A DNA stretch of 64,000 nt, taken from contig CBDFJG010000003.1 of assembly GCA_965248445.1 (NCBI GenBank), positions 352,001 through 416,000 on the forward strand, given 5' to 3'. Origin of the DNA: Planctomycetota bacterium. Its GTDB lineage: Bacteria > Planctomycetota > JAJSAM01 > JAJVHW01. Below are positions 46,417 through 55,870 of the stretch, piece by piece (within the stretch, counting starts at the first letter, position 1; each line of letters starts with the position of its first letter). The notes beneath the pieces are model-generated. The model searched no databases. It saw only the letters and a program-made list of their open reading frames with translations, and had not been told where the DNA came from. The position numbers and the translations under genes were made by a program.

Positions 46417-48429
46417 ATGAAGGATGAGAATCCTCTCGATCTCGAGCAGCACGCCGACGAGACGGCCTGGGATGTCTGGAAGCGGCGGCTGATCTTCGGA
46501 CTGATCATCCTCCTGTGCATCACGTTCGCGGCTCCCGCGTTCGGGAGTTGCAGCAGTGCGTTCGACTCCGAAGACGTCGTCGCGACCTATCGCTTGAACG
46601 GGGAACTGCGCGCCGTCGGCGACGAGGAGTTCCGCGACCTGCAGCAGCGTCTCTACCAGTCGCACGCCGTGCTCAGTGGCCGGAGCCCCCAGGAGGACGA
46701 AGTCTGGGGGCACTTCCTGCTGAACCAGGCCGCACTCGCCGAGGGGATCTACGTCTCCGACGACGCCGCGATGACGTGGGTCCGCGACGTGCCCGATTTC
46801 CAGGCCGGCGGCAGGTTTGACGAGGACGCCTACCTGGGCACGCTCGCGAACGCCACGAGCGGGAGGCTCACGCACAAGAGTTTCCTGCGCACGGTGAAGG
46901 AGATCCTGCGCGGCCGCGAGTACCGGCGAATGTTCGCACTCGCGGTGCTGTCGCAGCCCTCCGAGGACGCGTTCATCACCTGGCAGGAGCAGAACAAGAA
47001 GATCTCACTCGAGTACATCGTGCAGGAGTTCGATCCCGTGGCGGCCGACGTCGCTGCGATCGAGCCGACCGAGGACGACCTACGCGTGTTCGTCACGCTC
47101 CCGACGATCGAAGCCCGGCTGCGCCTGCCGCCGCGGAAAGTCGTTGAAGCGGCCTACGTGAGGGTCCTGGAACTCGAGGCGTCGCAGAAGACGGAGCTCG
47201 AGACTCTGCTGACCGAGCGCGGGCGGCTCGACAAGGCCCTGGTCAGGCTGGCGAAGCAGGAGTGGGCGGCGGGCGCCGAGCGCGTCTACACCGAGAAGAA
47301 CTGGAAGGACTCCAAGCGCCGGCTGCGCCAGCTCCAGATCGACGACCTCGTCAAGGACTGGGTGGAGGGCGGCAACCAGGGCGACCTGCCCGACGACAAG
47401 TACCCACCCGACCCCTCGGCGATCGAGTGGCCGGCGAACGTCCTCGACCAGTTCGAGAAGTTCTGGCGCGACGACCTCGAACGAGAGGTCTTGATCCGCG
47501 AGTACGTGAAGCTGGTCGCAGAGCAGGCCGAGCGCGAGGGGAAGTCGTTCGCGGACCTCGCGACAGAGCACGCCGTGCACGGACTGAAGATCGTGCGCAA
47601 CGCCGAGGCCCAGACTGACAACGACCTCGTCGAGCAGTTCCCCGAGGGTCTCGGCCGCGACTCCGAATTCAGCAACGTCGTGCGCACGTTCCTCACCGGG
47701 CCGCGAGACGGAACGGCGTTCCTTCCGAAGGTGCACGTGGAACCGGTGCCGACGACGTCACTCGGCTCTGCGCTCGAGGACCGCGGATACATGGTGTTGC
47801 GCCTCGCGGACTTCGAAGCTGCGCGGCCGCGGCGTGTGGACGAAGCGCGTGACGAGATCGTCAAGATCTGGCGGGAGCACGAAGTCAGCAGGGTCGTGCG
47901 AGAGAAGATCGAAGCGGTGCGTGAGTCCGTGCGCGACACCGTCACGTTCGCCGACGCGGCGAAGACCGCCGGTCTGACAGTCCAGTCGCTGCGCAACGTG
48001 AACCGGAAGACGCGGAAGACGGGCTCCCGGGCCGGACCTACGGCAGGACCGGGCGAGACCCTGGACGACGCCACAGCCGCCGTCGCGCGCCGGCTGCGCC
48101 ACCGCAACCGCGTTCTCGATGCGTACCCGCAGCTCCGCATGACCAAGATCGACGATCTGATGGCGCCCGGCTCGATCATCCTGGATGACCGGACCCGCGC
48201 TGCGTACCTGATCCGCGTGACGGCGAAGGTGGACCCGCGTCCGATCGAGATGACTGAGTCGGACCTTCGACGGGTGCAGCAGCAGAACTCGCTCCAGGCG
48301 ATGCAGGCGCTCAACGATCTCGTCGGCCTCGACGCGCTGAAGCGGCGCCTCTCGTTCAAGGAGATCGAGCGCACGTCACCGAGCGACGACGCCGAGGACG
48401 AGGAAGCCCGCTCCGACGACGACAGCTAA
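46417..48429 (+). CDS. PpiD/SurA-N-like membrane-anchored periplasmic chaperone
   Basis: N-terminal TM; LL..AA...GI.VSD, F..GGRFD..Y, ..DEAR.EI...W patterns typical of PpiD. Confidence 0.6.
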   Translation: MKDENPLDLEQHADETAWDVWKRRLIFGLIILLCITFAAPAFGSCSSAFDSEDVVATYRLNGELRAVGDEEFRDLQQRLYQSHAVLSGRSPQEDEVWGHFLLNQAALAEGIYVSDDAAMTWVRDVPDFQAGGRFDEDAYLGTLANATSGRLTHKSFLRTVKEILRGREYRRMFALAVLSQPSEDAFITWQEQNKKISLEYIVQEFDPVAADVAAIEPTEDDLRVFVTLPTIEARLRLPPRKVVEAAYVRVLELEASQKTELETLLTERGRLDKALVRLAKQEWAAGAERVYTEKNWKDSKRRLRQLQIDDLVKDWVEGGNQGDLPDDKYPPDPSAIEWPANVLDQFEKFWRDDLEREVLIREYVKLVAEQAEREGKSFADLATEHAVHGLKIVRNAEAQTDNDLVEQFPEGLGRDSEFSNVVRTFLTGPRDGTAFLPKVHVEPVPTTSLGSALEDRGYMVLRLADFEAARPRRVDEARDEIVKIWREHEVSRVVREKIEAVRESVRDTVTFADAAKTAGLTVQSLRNVNRKTRKTGSRAGPTAGPGETLDDATAAVARRLRHRNRVLDAYPQLRMTKIDDLMAPGSIILDDRTRAAYLIRVTAKVDPRPIEMTESDLRRVQQQNSLQAMQALNDLVGLDALKRRLSFKEIERTSPSDDAEDEEARSDDDS

Positions 48430-48434
48430 CCGCG

Positions 48435-48719
48435 TCAGTCCTGGGGCGTCTCGCGCGACTCGGATGTGGGCACCGGCACCGGGTCGTACCCGCCCTCGCA
48501 GCCCGGCCGGCAACGCAGGATGCGGCGCGCGGTCATCCAGCCACCGCGCATGGCACCGTGTGCGGTCACGGCCTCGATGGCATACGCCGAGCAGGTCGGA
48601 TGAAATCGACATGCCGCCGGGAGCAGTGGCGAGACACCCAGGCGGTAGGCCCGGACCAGGATGACCACCACCCACGCGAGCGGACTTCGCCGCTCCGGCC
48701 CGTCCGCCACTGCCGTCAC
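48435..48719 (-). CDS. yidD: membrane protein insertion efficiency factor
   Basis: CRFHPTCSAYA, RILRC.P...GGYDPVP. Confidence 0.93.
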   Translation of the reverse strand: MTAVADGPERRSPLAWVVVILVRAYRLGVSPLLPAACRFHPTCSAYAIEAVTAHGAMRGGWMTARRILRCRPGCEGGYDPVPVPTSESRETPQD

Positions 48720-49180
48720 CGCCGCCGCCGCTGCCGCGGCGGATCCCGGTTCGGTCCGTCCGCGGCCAGGCGTGCGACCGCCCGTCCCGCCGCCGTGATC
48801 AGGTTGTCGCGGATCTGCTCCATCCCGAGTTCATGCAGCGCGGACCTCGGCAAGAGCACGAGGTCGTGCCCTTCCGGCAGACGCGGCCGCGCGGTCCGGA
48901 AGGCCTCCCGCAAGAGCCGCCGGACGCGGTTACGGCGGACGGCGCCTCCCCAACGACGTCCCACGACGAGGGCCAGCCGGGGTGGCCGGTCGTCGGCGCG
49001 GTCGAACGCGTAGACGACCACCGGCCCCGCAGCTGCGCTGCGTCCACGATCGAACGCCCTGCGGACCTCCCGAGAGCGCTTGACGCGGGCCCCCTTGGGC
49101 AGGGTCCGCCGGGCCCCGGGCTGGGTGACCGGCGCGACCGGGGCGGGCTCTGGGAGCGGAGGGGGCTCGGATCGGGGCAC
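48716..49180 (-). CDS. rnpA: ribonuclease P protein component
   Basis: RL.LVVGRR.GGAVRRNRVRRLLREAFR RNR motif; upstream of yidD. Confidence 0.92.
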   Translation of the reverse strand: MPRSEPPPLPEPAPVAPVTQPGARRTLPKGARVKRSREVRRAFDRGRSAAAGPVVVYAFDRADDRPPRLALVVGRRWGGAVRRNRVRRLLREAFRTARPRLPEGHDLVLLPRSALHELGMEQIRDNLITAAGRAVARLAADGPNRDPPRQRRRR

Positions 49181-49221
49181 GACCCGCGGATCGTACGGTC
49201 CACGTGCCGCACACTTCCCGG

Positions 49222-49271
49222 TTGACGGGTCTGTTAGTGTCTGTTAGTACTTTGTTCGATAACTAAACGAC
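49222..49271 (+). promoter_or_regulatory. candidate lexA promoter/operator
   Basis: AT-rich island; TTGACG -35-like hexamer at 49222; GTCTGTTAGT twice (49229, 49239) plus imperfect inverted copy ACTAAACGAC (49262). Confidence 0.65.
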
Positions 49272-49333
49272 AACGGCTCCCCAGGCCAGATCGCGAGATC
49301 ACTGGGAGCTCGGCACGAGCGGGGACGACCCAG

Positions 49334-49408
49334 ATGCAACTGATCCTGACTGAACTGCCCGTGTTCCTGTTCCTCGTGGTGGTCGTGGCCGGAGCGCTCC
49401 TCTCGTGA
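49334..49408 (+). CDS. 24-aa hydrophobic small protein MQLILTELPVFLFLVVVVAGALLS
   Basis: GGGGA at 49321-49325, ATG 49334, 20 of 24 codons end in G/C, TGA overlaps lexA GTG (GTGA). Confidence 0.6.
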   Translation: MQLILTELPVFLFLVVVVAGALLS

Positions 49409-50001
49409 AGCCCTACACCCCGCGCCAGCGGTCGATCCTCGTCTTCGTGCGCGACTACCTGCGCGAGCACGGCGTGGCTCCGACCCTCGAAGAGATCGGG
49501 CGGTCGTTCGGGGTGCACAGGGTCACGATCTTTCAGCACATGAACGCGCTGGAGCGGCGCGGCGCCGTCCGCCGGCACCCGACTCTCGCCCGCGCGATCG
49601 AGATCCTGGATCCCGACTATCAGCCCGACACGGGTGTACAGATCCTCGGCCGCATCGCGGCCGGCGCTCCGATCGAGGCGATCGAGCATCCCGAGCCCCT
49701 GCTTCCAGATGACGTCCTCCCCAGCGACGGCGATCACTACGCGTTGCGCGTCGAGGGAGACTCCATGATCGAGGACGCCATTTGCGATGGCGACCTGGTC
49801 GTGGTGCGACGGACGAACCGAGCGCGCAACGGCGATGTGGTCGTCGCGGTGCTACCGGGCGGAGACGCGACGCTGAAGCGCTTCCGGCCACTCAAGGGCG
49901 GCCGCGTTCGGCTGGAGCCCGCGAATGCCCGCCTCGAACCGATCGAAGTGGACGCAGTCGAGATCCGTGGCGTCGTGACAGCCGTCGTACGCCAGCTGTA
50001 A
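49405..50001 (+). CDS. lexA: SOS repressor LexA
   Basis: TPRQ..IL, PTLEEIG, RAIE; GRIAAG.P Ala-Gly cleavage site, GDSM Ser and ATLKR Lys dyad. Confidence 0.95.
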   Translation: MKPYTPRQRSILVFVRDYLREHGVAPTLEEIGRSFGVHRVTIFQHMNALERRGAVRRHPTLARAIEILDPDYQPDTGVQILGRIAAGAPIEAIEHPEPLLPDDVLPSDGDHYALRVEGDSMIEDAICDGDLVVVRRTNRARNGDVVVAVLPGGDATLKRFRPLKGGRVRLEPANARLEPIEVDAVEIRGVVTAVVRQL

Positions 50002-50070
50002 GGGCGCCCGCCCCTGCGGAACCGTGCGTCGCAACCGCGTGTCGCCGCGGGTCTTCGGTATCGTGGTGCC

Positions 50071-52368
50071 GTGATTCGCTTCAGCGTCGTGTCGTTCGCG
50101 CTCCTCTTCGCCGCGGCCTGCGCTTCCGTCGCGGGAGAACGTGGTCCGTCGCTCGAGTTCGAACCACTACCCGGCAGCGCCGCGGGTGAGTGGTCTGCTC
50201 CTGCGCTGGTCTCCGGCACAACCGAGCGCTTCGGTGACGCGCAGCAACTGGCGCGCGCCGGACGCGTCGGCGAGGCAGTGCGGGCGCTCCGCGCACTGAT
50301 CGAAGACGAACCACGGGCCGTCGAGGCACATCGACTGTTGCAGGATCTCCTGCTCGTCTCGCCGGGGGACTGGTGGGTGCGCCGGTACTACCGAGCTCTC
50401 CTCGAACGGTCACCCAGTGACGCCGACGCGCTCTACCTGAACGGCAGGATCGAGCCGGACCCCGAGCGCCAGAGTGAACTCTTCGAACGGGCGCTGAGCG
50501 AGAACCCGGCGCATCCTTACGCGCGCATCGGCCGCGCGCTCACCCTGCAACGCGCCGAGCGGTACCAGGACGCGCTCGACGAGGCGCGTGCGGCCGCCCT
50601 CTCGGCCCCGCACGTCCGGTTGCCTTGGCTCTTCATGGCGTCGCTGGCCCTGTCCCGGGGTAGCGACGATCTGGCTGACGAGTTGTTCGCAGAAGCCGGC
50701 CGGCGGCACATTCGCGATCCCCGGCCGTGGCTCGGCCGGATGGTGGTCGCATTCGAGGACGGCCGAATGGGCGACTCGAGTTCGCACGCACTCGCCGCGC
50801 TCACGCGAGCGCCCGGCGAAGCACGCACGCTCGCCGGCGCCGTCGGGATGCTCGTGGAGTCAGCGGTACCCGACCATCTCGCAAGTGCGGCCAAGATCCT
50901 GGGTACCGCCCGGGCCGACGCCGAGGACCCCGGGGCCGTGGACCTCGCCATCGGACGGTTGCAACTGGCGGTTGGCGATGCCGAGGCCGCGGAGCAGGCG
51001 CTCGTGCGCGGCGAAGCGGCCGGCCTGGATCCCTTCGAAACGGGGCGATACCTGCGGCGAGCGCGGATCCTCGCGGGACGCTACTCCTCGGCGGTGTCCG
51101 GCGCGCTCTCCGCGTTGCCCGCAGACGTGCTGCTGTCAGACAACTTGTACGCGGGGCGCTGGGCGCACCTCATCGAATGTGCGCGTACGGCGGACGCCCG
51201 TCCCCGCGACGGCGAGGCGCTGCGCGCCATGGCAGCCGCACTGCGCAGCGTAGGGTGGCGGCGCGAGGCGACCGTTGTACGCGCGCGCGCAGCGGCGGAA
51301 GCGCCGGGCGACGCAGCGCTTCGCGCCCAAGCCGCGGACGCGCGCGCGTTCGACCGCTTCCTGGACGCGTTGGCCGCGCTCGCTCGTGATCTCCGCGACG
51401 TGCGTCGCAGCGGAGGCAAGACGCCGTCTCTTGAGGTCGCCATGCAGCGCATCCGCGAGGCGTCGCTCGTGCACCTCGGCCGCGACGTCACGTCGGGCGC
51501 CGAAGTGCGCAGTTACCCGTTGCTGGGCAAGGTCGCCGCGAGCGTGGCATCCGGCGGCGCGTTCGCGGCGGAGTTCGATGATCGCGGTCTGTTGCTCCTG
51601 GTGGGTGAGCGCCGGGGGGACGGACTGCAAGTCGTCCTCGGACGACTCGTGCTCGTGCGGGCCGACACGGCGGAGGTCGTTCTGGGCCGCGAACTGACGC
51701 TCGACGAGTGCTGGCTCGAGACGTCCGGGCTGCCCCCGGATCTCGCCGGATTCCGTGGCGGTCTCGCCGGCCTCACCGTCGACCGGCTGGTGTTGCTGCA
51801 ACTCGAGACCTGCCTGCGCGCCCCGGAGCCCCTGCACCCCGGCGTGCCGTTCGAGCCGCGGCCGGCTGCGACCGAGGCGGACCTGATCGCGCTCGACACG
51901 CCGTCGGCGGTCGCGCAACGCATCGAACTCTCACTCGCTGCCAACGGCCGGGTCGGACTCGACGTGCTGGAAGCGGTTCGGCGGCACGAACTGGGGCACG
52001 TGCTCGACGCACGACGGATCCTCCCGATCGGGCGCAAGCCGCTGCGTGCGCTGGGTCTTCTCGCCGCATCCGGTTTCGATGGGGGCGCCGTGGAGCAGCG
52101 ACTCGAGGGGCGGGCCGCCGTAGTCGCGCTGGTCGAGGCCGCCAGTCCGCGCGCCGCGCTGGCTTCGTTGCTCGGCTTCCTGCCCGATCTTCAGGGCTCG
52201 ACCGCTCACGCTGCCGGCTACCGGGAGGTCGTGTCGACGGCCGTCGAGCTCTTGCGCGACGACCCGAAGTCGTTTCCGTCGGTGTCGCAGGATCAAAATC
52301 TGCTGCAGCAGATGGACCGACTCACCGACGCGGAGATCCGGGAACTGGGACGCCGCTTGCTCGACTAG
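50071..52368 (+). CDS. TPR protein (probable lipoprotein) with HExxH motif
   Basis: Signal ending AAAC, TPR-like repeats, RHELGH near C-terminus. Confidence 0.72.
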   Translation: MIRFSVVSFALLFAAACASVAGERGPSLEFEPLPGSAAGEWSAPALVSGTTERFGDAQQLARAGRVGEAVRALRALIEDEPRAVEAHRLLQDLLLVSPGDWWVRRYYRALLERSPSDADALYLNGRIEPDPERQSELFERALSENPAHPYARIGRALTLQRAERYQDALDEARAAALSAPHVRLPWLFMASLALSRGSDDLADELFAEAGRRHIRDPRPWLGRMVVAFEDGRMGDSSSHALAALTRAPGEARTLAGAVGMLVESAVPDHLASAAKILGTARADAEDPGAVDLAIGRLQLAVGDAEAAEQALVRGEAAGLDPFETGRYLRRARILAGRYSSAVSGALSALPADVLLSDNLYAGRWAHLIECARTADARPRDGEALRAMAAALRSVGWRREATVVRARAAAEAPGDAALRAQAADARAFDRFLDALAALARDLRDVRRSGGKTPSLEVAMQRIREASLVHLGRDVTSGAEVRSYPLLGKVAASVASGGAFAAEFDDRGLLLLVGERRGDGLQVVLGRLVLVRADTAEVVLGRELTLDECWLETSGLPPDLAGFRGGLAGLTVDRLVLLQLETCLRAPEPLHPGVPFEPRPAATEADLIALDTPSAVAQRIELSLAANGRVGLDVLEAVRRHELGHVLDARRILPIGRKPLRALGLLAASGFDGGAVEQRLEGRAAVVALVEAASPRAALASLLGFLPDLQGSTAHAAGYREVVSTAVELLRDDPKSFPSVSQDQNLLQQMDRLTDAEIRELGRRLLD

Positions 52369-52406
52369 CCCGCGTCGTTCAGCAGCCTAGCGTGGCGGCC
52401 AGCAGC

Positions 52407-53876
52407 CTAGCGCGGTGGCGCGACGTCGAACGCGGCAGGCTGCGCCATCAACGCCTCGATCTCTGCGCGCGTCTTCGGCACTCCGCTGGACAGCACTTCG
52501 TATCCATCTGTGGTGACGAGCACCGTGTCCTCGATGCGCACCCCGAGCGCCTGCTCCGCGATGTAGACGCCCGGCTCCACGGTCAGGACGCTGCCGACCT
52601 CCAGCGGGCGTGCGCGCGGGGGACTCCACGAATCGTGCACGTTCAACCCGACGCTGTGGCACGTGCCGTGGAAGAAGTACTGGTCCAGCCCGTGCTCACG
52701 CAGCGTCTCCCTCGCGACCTTGTGGATGTCGCCGAGCGTGACACCGGGCTTCACGATCGCTAACGCCTTGGTCTGGGCCTCCAGTACCGCGTCGTAGACC
52801 CTTGCCTGCTCCTTCGTGAACTTGCCGTTGACGGGGAACGAACGCGTGACGTCGGCGGCGTAGCCCTCGTACTCGCCACCTACATCCATCACGACGATGT
52901 CGCCGTTCTGCATGATCCGCTCGTTGTCGCGGTAGTGGAGGATGCACGAGTTGGGGCCGGAGCCGATGATCGAGGGAAAAGCCTGCTTCGCGCAGCCCGC
53001 CGCCTTGCAGTGGAACTCCAGGATCGCTGCGAGCTGGTACTCGGCGAGTCCCGGGCGCGCGACCGTCAGCGCATCATGGATCCCGCGCACCGTGGACGAC
53101 ACGGCCCGACGAATCTTATCGACCTCCCAGTCCGACTTCGCGGCGCGAAGATCCGTGATCAGGCGTCGCGCGGACTGCACCCACACCGCCCCGGGGACGT
53201 CTTCCGGCACACCGCTGTTCGGCATCGGCTTCAAGGAGCCTCCCTCCGGCATCAGCGCGCCGAGCACCTCTTCGAGGTCCTCGCGGCGCTCCTTGCCGTC
53301 GTCCGGTGCCGACGCGGAGATGAACAGGCGTTTGCGTGACTCCAGCAGCTCGGAGAGTTCGGCGCCGAGCGATTCGATCGGAAGCGCGCGATCGAACGAG
53401 AAGTGCTTGGCGGTCGCTTCATCCGGCCCGTGCTGCCGGCCGTTCCATCGCTCGAACGCCGGACGGCGGGGCTGCAGGAACAACGTCGAGTGCGGCTTTC
53501 CCGCCGCGAGGTGCAGGACCACCGCGCCCAGCGGCTCACGTGCCGGTGACACGTAGAAGAACTCGTCGCTGCGCGCACGATCGCTCAGCCCGCGGCCGGC
53601 ACCCGCGGCCAGCACGACCACGAGGGCGTCTTCGCCCGCGGCGCGTGCCAGCGCATCGCGACGTGCCCGGAACTCTGCAGCGTCCGGGTGACGGACGGTC
53701 TTGGCGTCGGCGACAGGCGGGCGCAGCGGTGCTTGCTGCGGCTTCGCGGGCGTGTCCCCTCGATCTTGTGCAGTGGCAGGTGTTGCGAGAACGGCGGCGA
53801 GCGCGAGGACACCCAGGCTGGCTCCCATGATCCCCACGTTCGCCCCCGGGATCCTCTGCGCGGGTCTGGCTCTCAT
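52407..53876 (-). CDS. Xaa-Pro aminopeptidase (M24B), with signal-peptide-like N-terminus
   Basis: LHY, DVGG...YAADVTR.FP, HGTCHSVGL.VHD, TVEPGVY, GVRIEDT. Confidence 0.93.
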   Translation of the reverse strand: MRARPAQRIPGANVGIMGASLGVLALAAVLATPATAQDRGDTPAKPQQAPLRPPVADAKTVRHPDAAEFRARRDALARAAGEDALVVVLAAGAGRGLSDRARSDEFFYVSPAREPLGAVVLHLAAGKPHSTLFLQPRRPAFERWNGRQHGPDEATAKHFSFDRALPIESLGAELSELLESRKRLFISASAPDDGKERREDLEEVLGALMPEGGSLKPMPNSGVPEDVPGAVWVQSARRLITDLRAAKSDWEVDKIRRAVSSTVRGIHDALTVARPGLAEYQLAAILEFHCKAAGCAKQAFPSIIGSGPNSCILHYRDNERIMQNGDIVVMDVGGEYEGYAADVTRSFPVNGKFTKEQARVYDAVLEAQTKALAIVKPGVTLGDIHKVARETLREHGLDQYFFHGTCHSVGLNVHDSWSPPRARPLEVGSVLTVEPGVYIAEQALGVRIEDTVLVTTDGYEVLSSGVPKTRAEIEALMAQPAAFDVAPPR

Positions 53877-53885
53877 GCAGGGAGT

Positions 53886-54338
53886 CTACTCGGACGGCGG
53901 GCGCAGAACCGCCACGAGGCCGCTCTCGTCCTCTGCCGTCAGCAGAGCGCTGCGCAGCTCTTCGCTCTTGAAGCGCTGCACGGCGGCGGCCAGGTACTGG
54001 AGGTAGCGGCGCTGCCGATCCGTCGGCCCGGCGATCAGGACCACGTGGTGGACGGGCTCGCCGTCGAACGCGTTCCAGTCGATGCCTTCGCGGGAGCGGC
54101 CGTAGGTGACGACGAAGTCTGTCACCGCGACGATCTTGGCGTGAGGCACCGCAACGCCACCGCCGATGCCGGTTGACTCGACGTCCTCGCGCTCGAGGAG
54201 AGCCTCGAGCAGGCGCTCCTTGTCCGTGACCTCGGAGGCACTCCCGAGAGACTCGACCATTTCGAGTAGGGCGGCATCTCGAGTGCGGCTTCGAAGGTCG
54301 CGGACGCGGGCGTCGGCGAGCAGATCGGTCGGGCTCAT
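53886..54338 (-). CDS. PTS EIIA (Ntr/Fru-type) domain protein
   Basis: ERE..STGIGGGVAVPHAK; GIDWNAFDGEPV. Confidence 0.9.
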   Translation of the reverse strand: MSPTDLLADARVRDLRSRTRDAALLEMVESLGSASEVTDKERLLEALLEREDVESTGIGGGVAVPHAKIVAVTDFVVTYGRSREGIDWNAFDGEPVHHVVLIAGPTDRQRRYLQYLAAAVQRFKSEELRSALLTAEDESGLVAVLRPPSE

Positions 54339-54353
54339 GCTGGTCTCGTCGGT

Positions 54354-54409
54354 GTGTGGATCAAAAAGCCGTTGTGTGGATCAGAAGCCGGGGTGTGGAT
54401 CAGAAGTCG
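54354..54409. repeat. three imperfect tandem copies of GTGTGGATCA(A/G)AAG.CG
   Basis: Copies start at 54354, 54374, 54393; the third contains the YraN-family gene stop. Confidence 0.9.
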
Positions 54410-54774
54410 AGGTTGGTGATCGGCACGAAGCGTACGACGGATGGCCGACCCTCCGCGTCGAGGTCCACGGCCGCGCCGAGGAACTCGCGCGGAGCGGAGC
54501 TCCGTCCGCGACTCGCCAGCAGGTGTTCGGCGGCCCGCGCGACGCGGCGGAGCTTCGTCGGCGTCAGCGCTTCCTCGGGGCCACCCGCAGTTCCGCCGGG
54601 CCGCCGTGCTTTCACCTCGACGAAGACGAACGTGCCGCGCTTCTCTGCGACGACGTCGATCTCGCCGTGCGGCGTCTGAACGTTGCGATCGAGGATGCGA
54701 CAGCCACGTCCACGCAGGGCCTGTGCCGCGAACTCCTCGGCATCTGCCCCGCGCTGGAGGTGCCCGCGCGACAC
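54400..54774 (-). CDS. YraN-family (UPF0102) protein
   Basis: G..AE..A, RN...GEIDVV, VFVEVKAR. Confidence 0.88.
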   Translation of the reverse strand: MSRGHLQRGADAEEFAAQALRGRGCRILDRNVQTPHGEIDVVAEKRGTFVFVEVKARRPGGTAGGPEEALTPTKLRRVARAAEHLLASRGRSSAPREFLGAAVDLDAEGRPSVVRFVPITNLDF

Positions 54775-54781
54775 GTCGCGG

Positions 54782-55165
54782 TTACTTCTTCTTCGCGACG
54801 ACGATGCGTTCGCGGAGTCGTGCGGACTTGCCGGAGCGCTCGCGCAGATAGTAGAGCTTGGCCCGTCGGACCCGCGCCTTGCGCTTGATGTTCACGTGTG
54901 CGACGCGCGGTGAGTGGATCGGGAAGACGCGCTCGACGCCCTCGCCCGCCACGATGCGGCGCACGGTGAACTTCTCGTTGATGCCGGCGCCGCGGCGCGC
55001 GATGACCACGCCGCCGAACGTCTGGATGCGCTGCTTCTCCTCGAGCTTGCCCTTCTTCTCGACGGTCTCGGTGATGACGACGCCGACGTCCACGGTGTCG
55101 CCCACGTCGAACTCGAGTGGCTTCTCGCGCAGGAAGGGCGTCTCGATGTCGCTGAGCTTTCTCAT
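54782..55165 (-). CDS. rplS: 50S ribosomal protein L19
   Basis: [38 protein letters not shown]. Confidence 0.97.
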   Translation of the reverse strand: MRKLSDIETPFLREKPLEFDVGDTVDVGVVITETVEKKGKLEEKQRIQTFGGVVIARRGAGINEKFTVRRIVAGEGVERVFPIHSPRVAHVNIKRKARVRRAKLYYLRERSGKSARLRERIVVAKKK

Positions 55166-55189
55166 GGTCTGTCTCCAGTGTCCCGCCGG

Positions 55190-55870
55190 TCAGTCTGCGC
55201 TGCTTGTCTTACGACGTGCGGCCGTTCGTCTCCGTGACATCTCCTCGCGCCAGGCTTCGATCCGGGCATGGTCTCCGGACAGCAGGACGTCGGGGACGCC
55301 GAGCTCCCGGAACTTCGGTGGACGGGTGTACTGCGGGCCCTCCAGGCGATCGCCGTGCGAGAACGACTCGCTGATCGCGGAGGAGGCGTCGCCGAGCGCG
55401 CCGGGCAGAAGCCTGACGACTGCGTCGATGATCGCGAGCGCCGGGATCTCCCCGCCCGTCAGCACGAAGTCGCCGAAGGAGACCTCATGGGGGGAGAGGA
55501 GTTCACGGATGCGCTCGTCGAAACCCTCGTACCGGCCGCACACCAGGATCAGGTGATCCTCGGCGGCGAACTGCCGCGCGAGGTCCTGCTGGAACCGCTC
55601 ACCCTGGGGGGAGAGCAGTACAACGTGACCCGGGCCGCGCTCCCGCAGGATGCGTTCCACGCACGGCACGACGACGTCGGCGCGCAGGAGCATCCCGGGA
55701 CCGCCACCGTACGGCCGGGCGTCCACCGACCGGTGCCGGTCGGAGGAGAAGTCGCGGATGTCATAGAGCCCTACGTCCACCACGCCGGCTTCCCTGGCAC
55801 GACCGAGGATGCTCGTTTCGAGCACGCCCTCGAGCATGCCTGGGAACAGCGTGGCGACGTCGATCTTCAC
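55190..55870 (-). CDS. trmD: tRNA (guanine37-N1)-methyltransferase
   Basis: TLFP, VD.RPYGGGPGM, CGRYEGFDER, GDFVLTGGE, YTRP, LLSGDH. Confidence 0.96.
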   Translation of the reverse strand: MKIDVATLFPGMLEGVLETSILGRAREAGVVDVGLYDIRDFSSDRHRSVDARPYGGGPGMLLRADVVVPCVERILRERGPGHVVLLSPQGERFQQDLARQFAAEDHLILVCGRYEGFDERIRELLSPHEVSFGDFVLTGGEIPALAIIDAVVRLLPGALGDASSAISESFSHGDRLEGPQYTRPPKFRELGVPDVLLSGDHARIEAWREEMSRRRTAARRKTSSAD

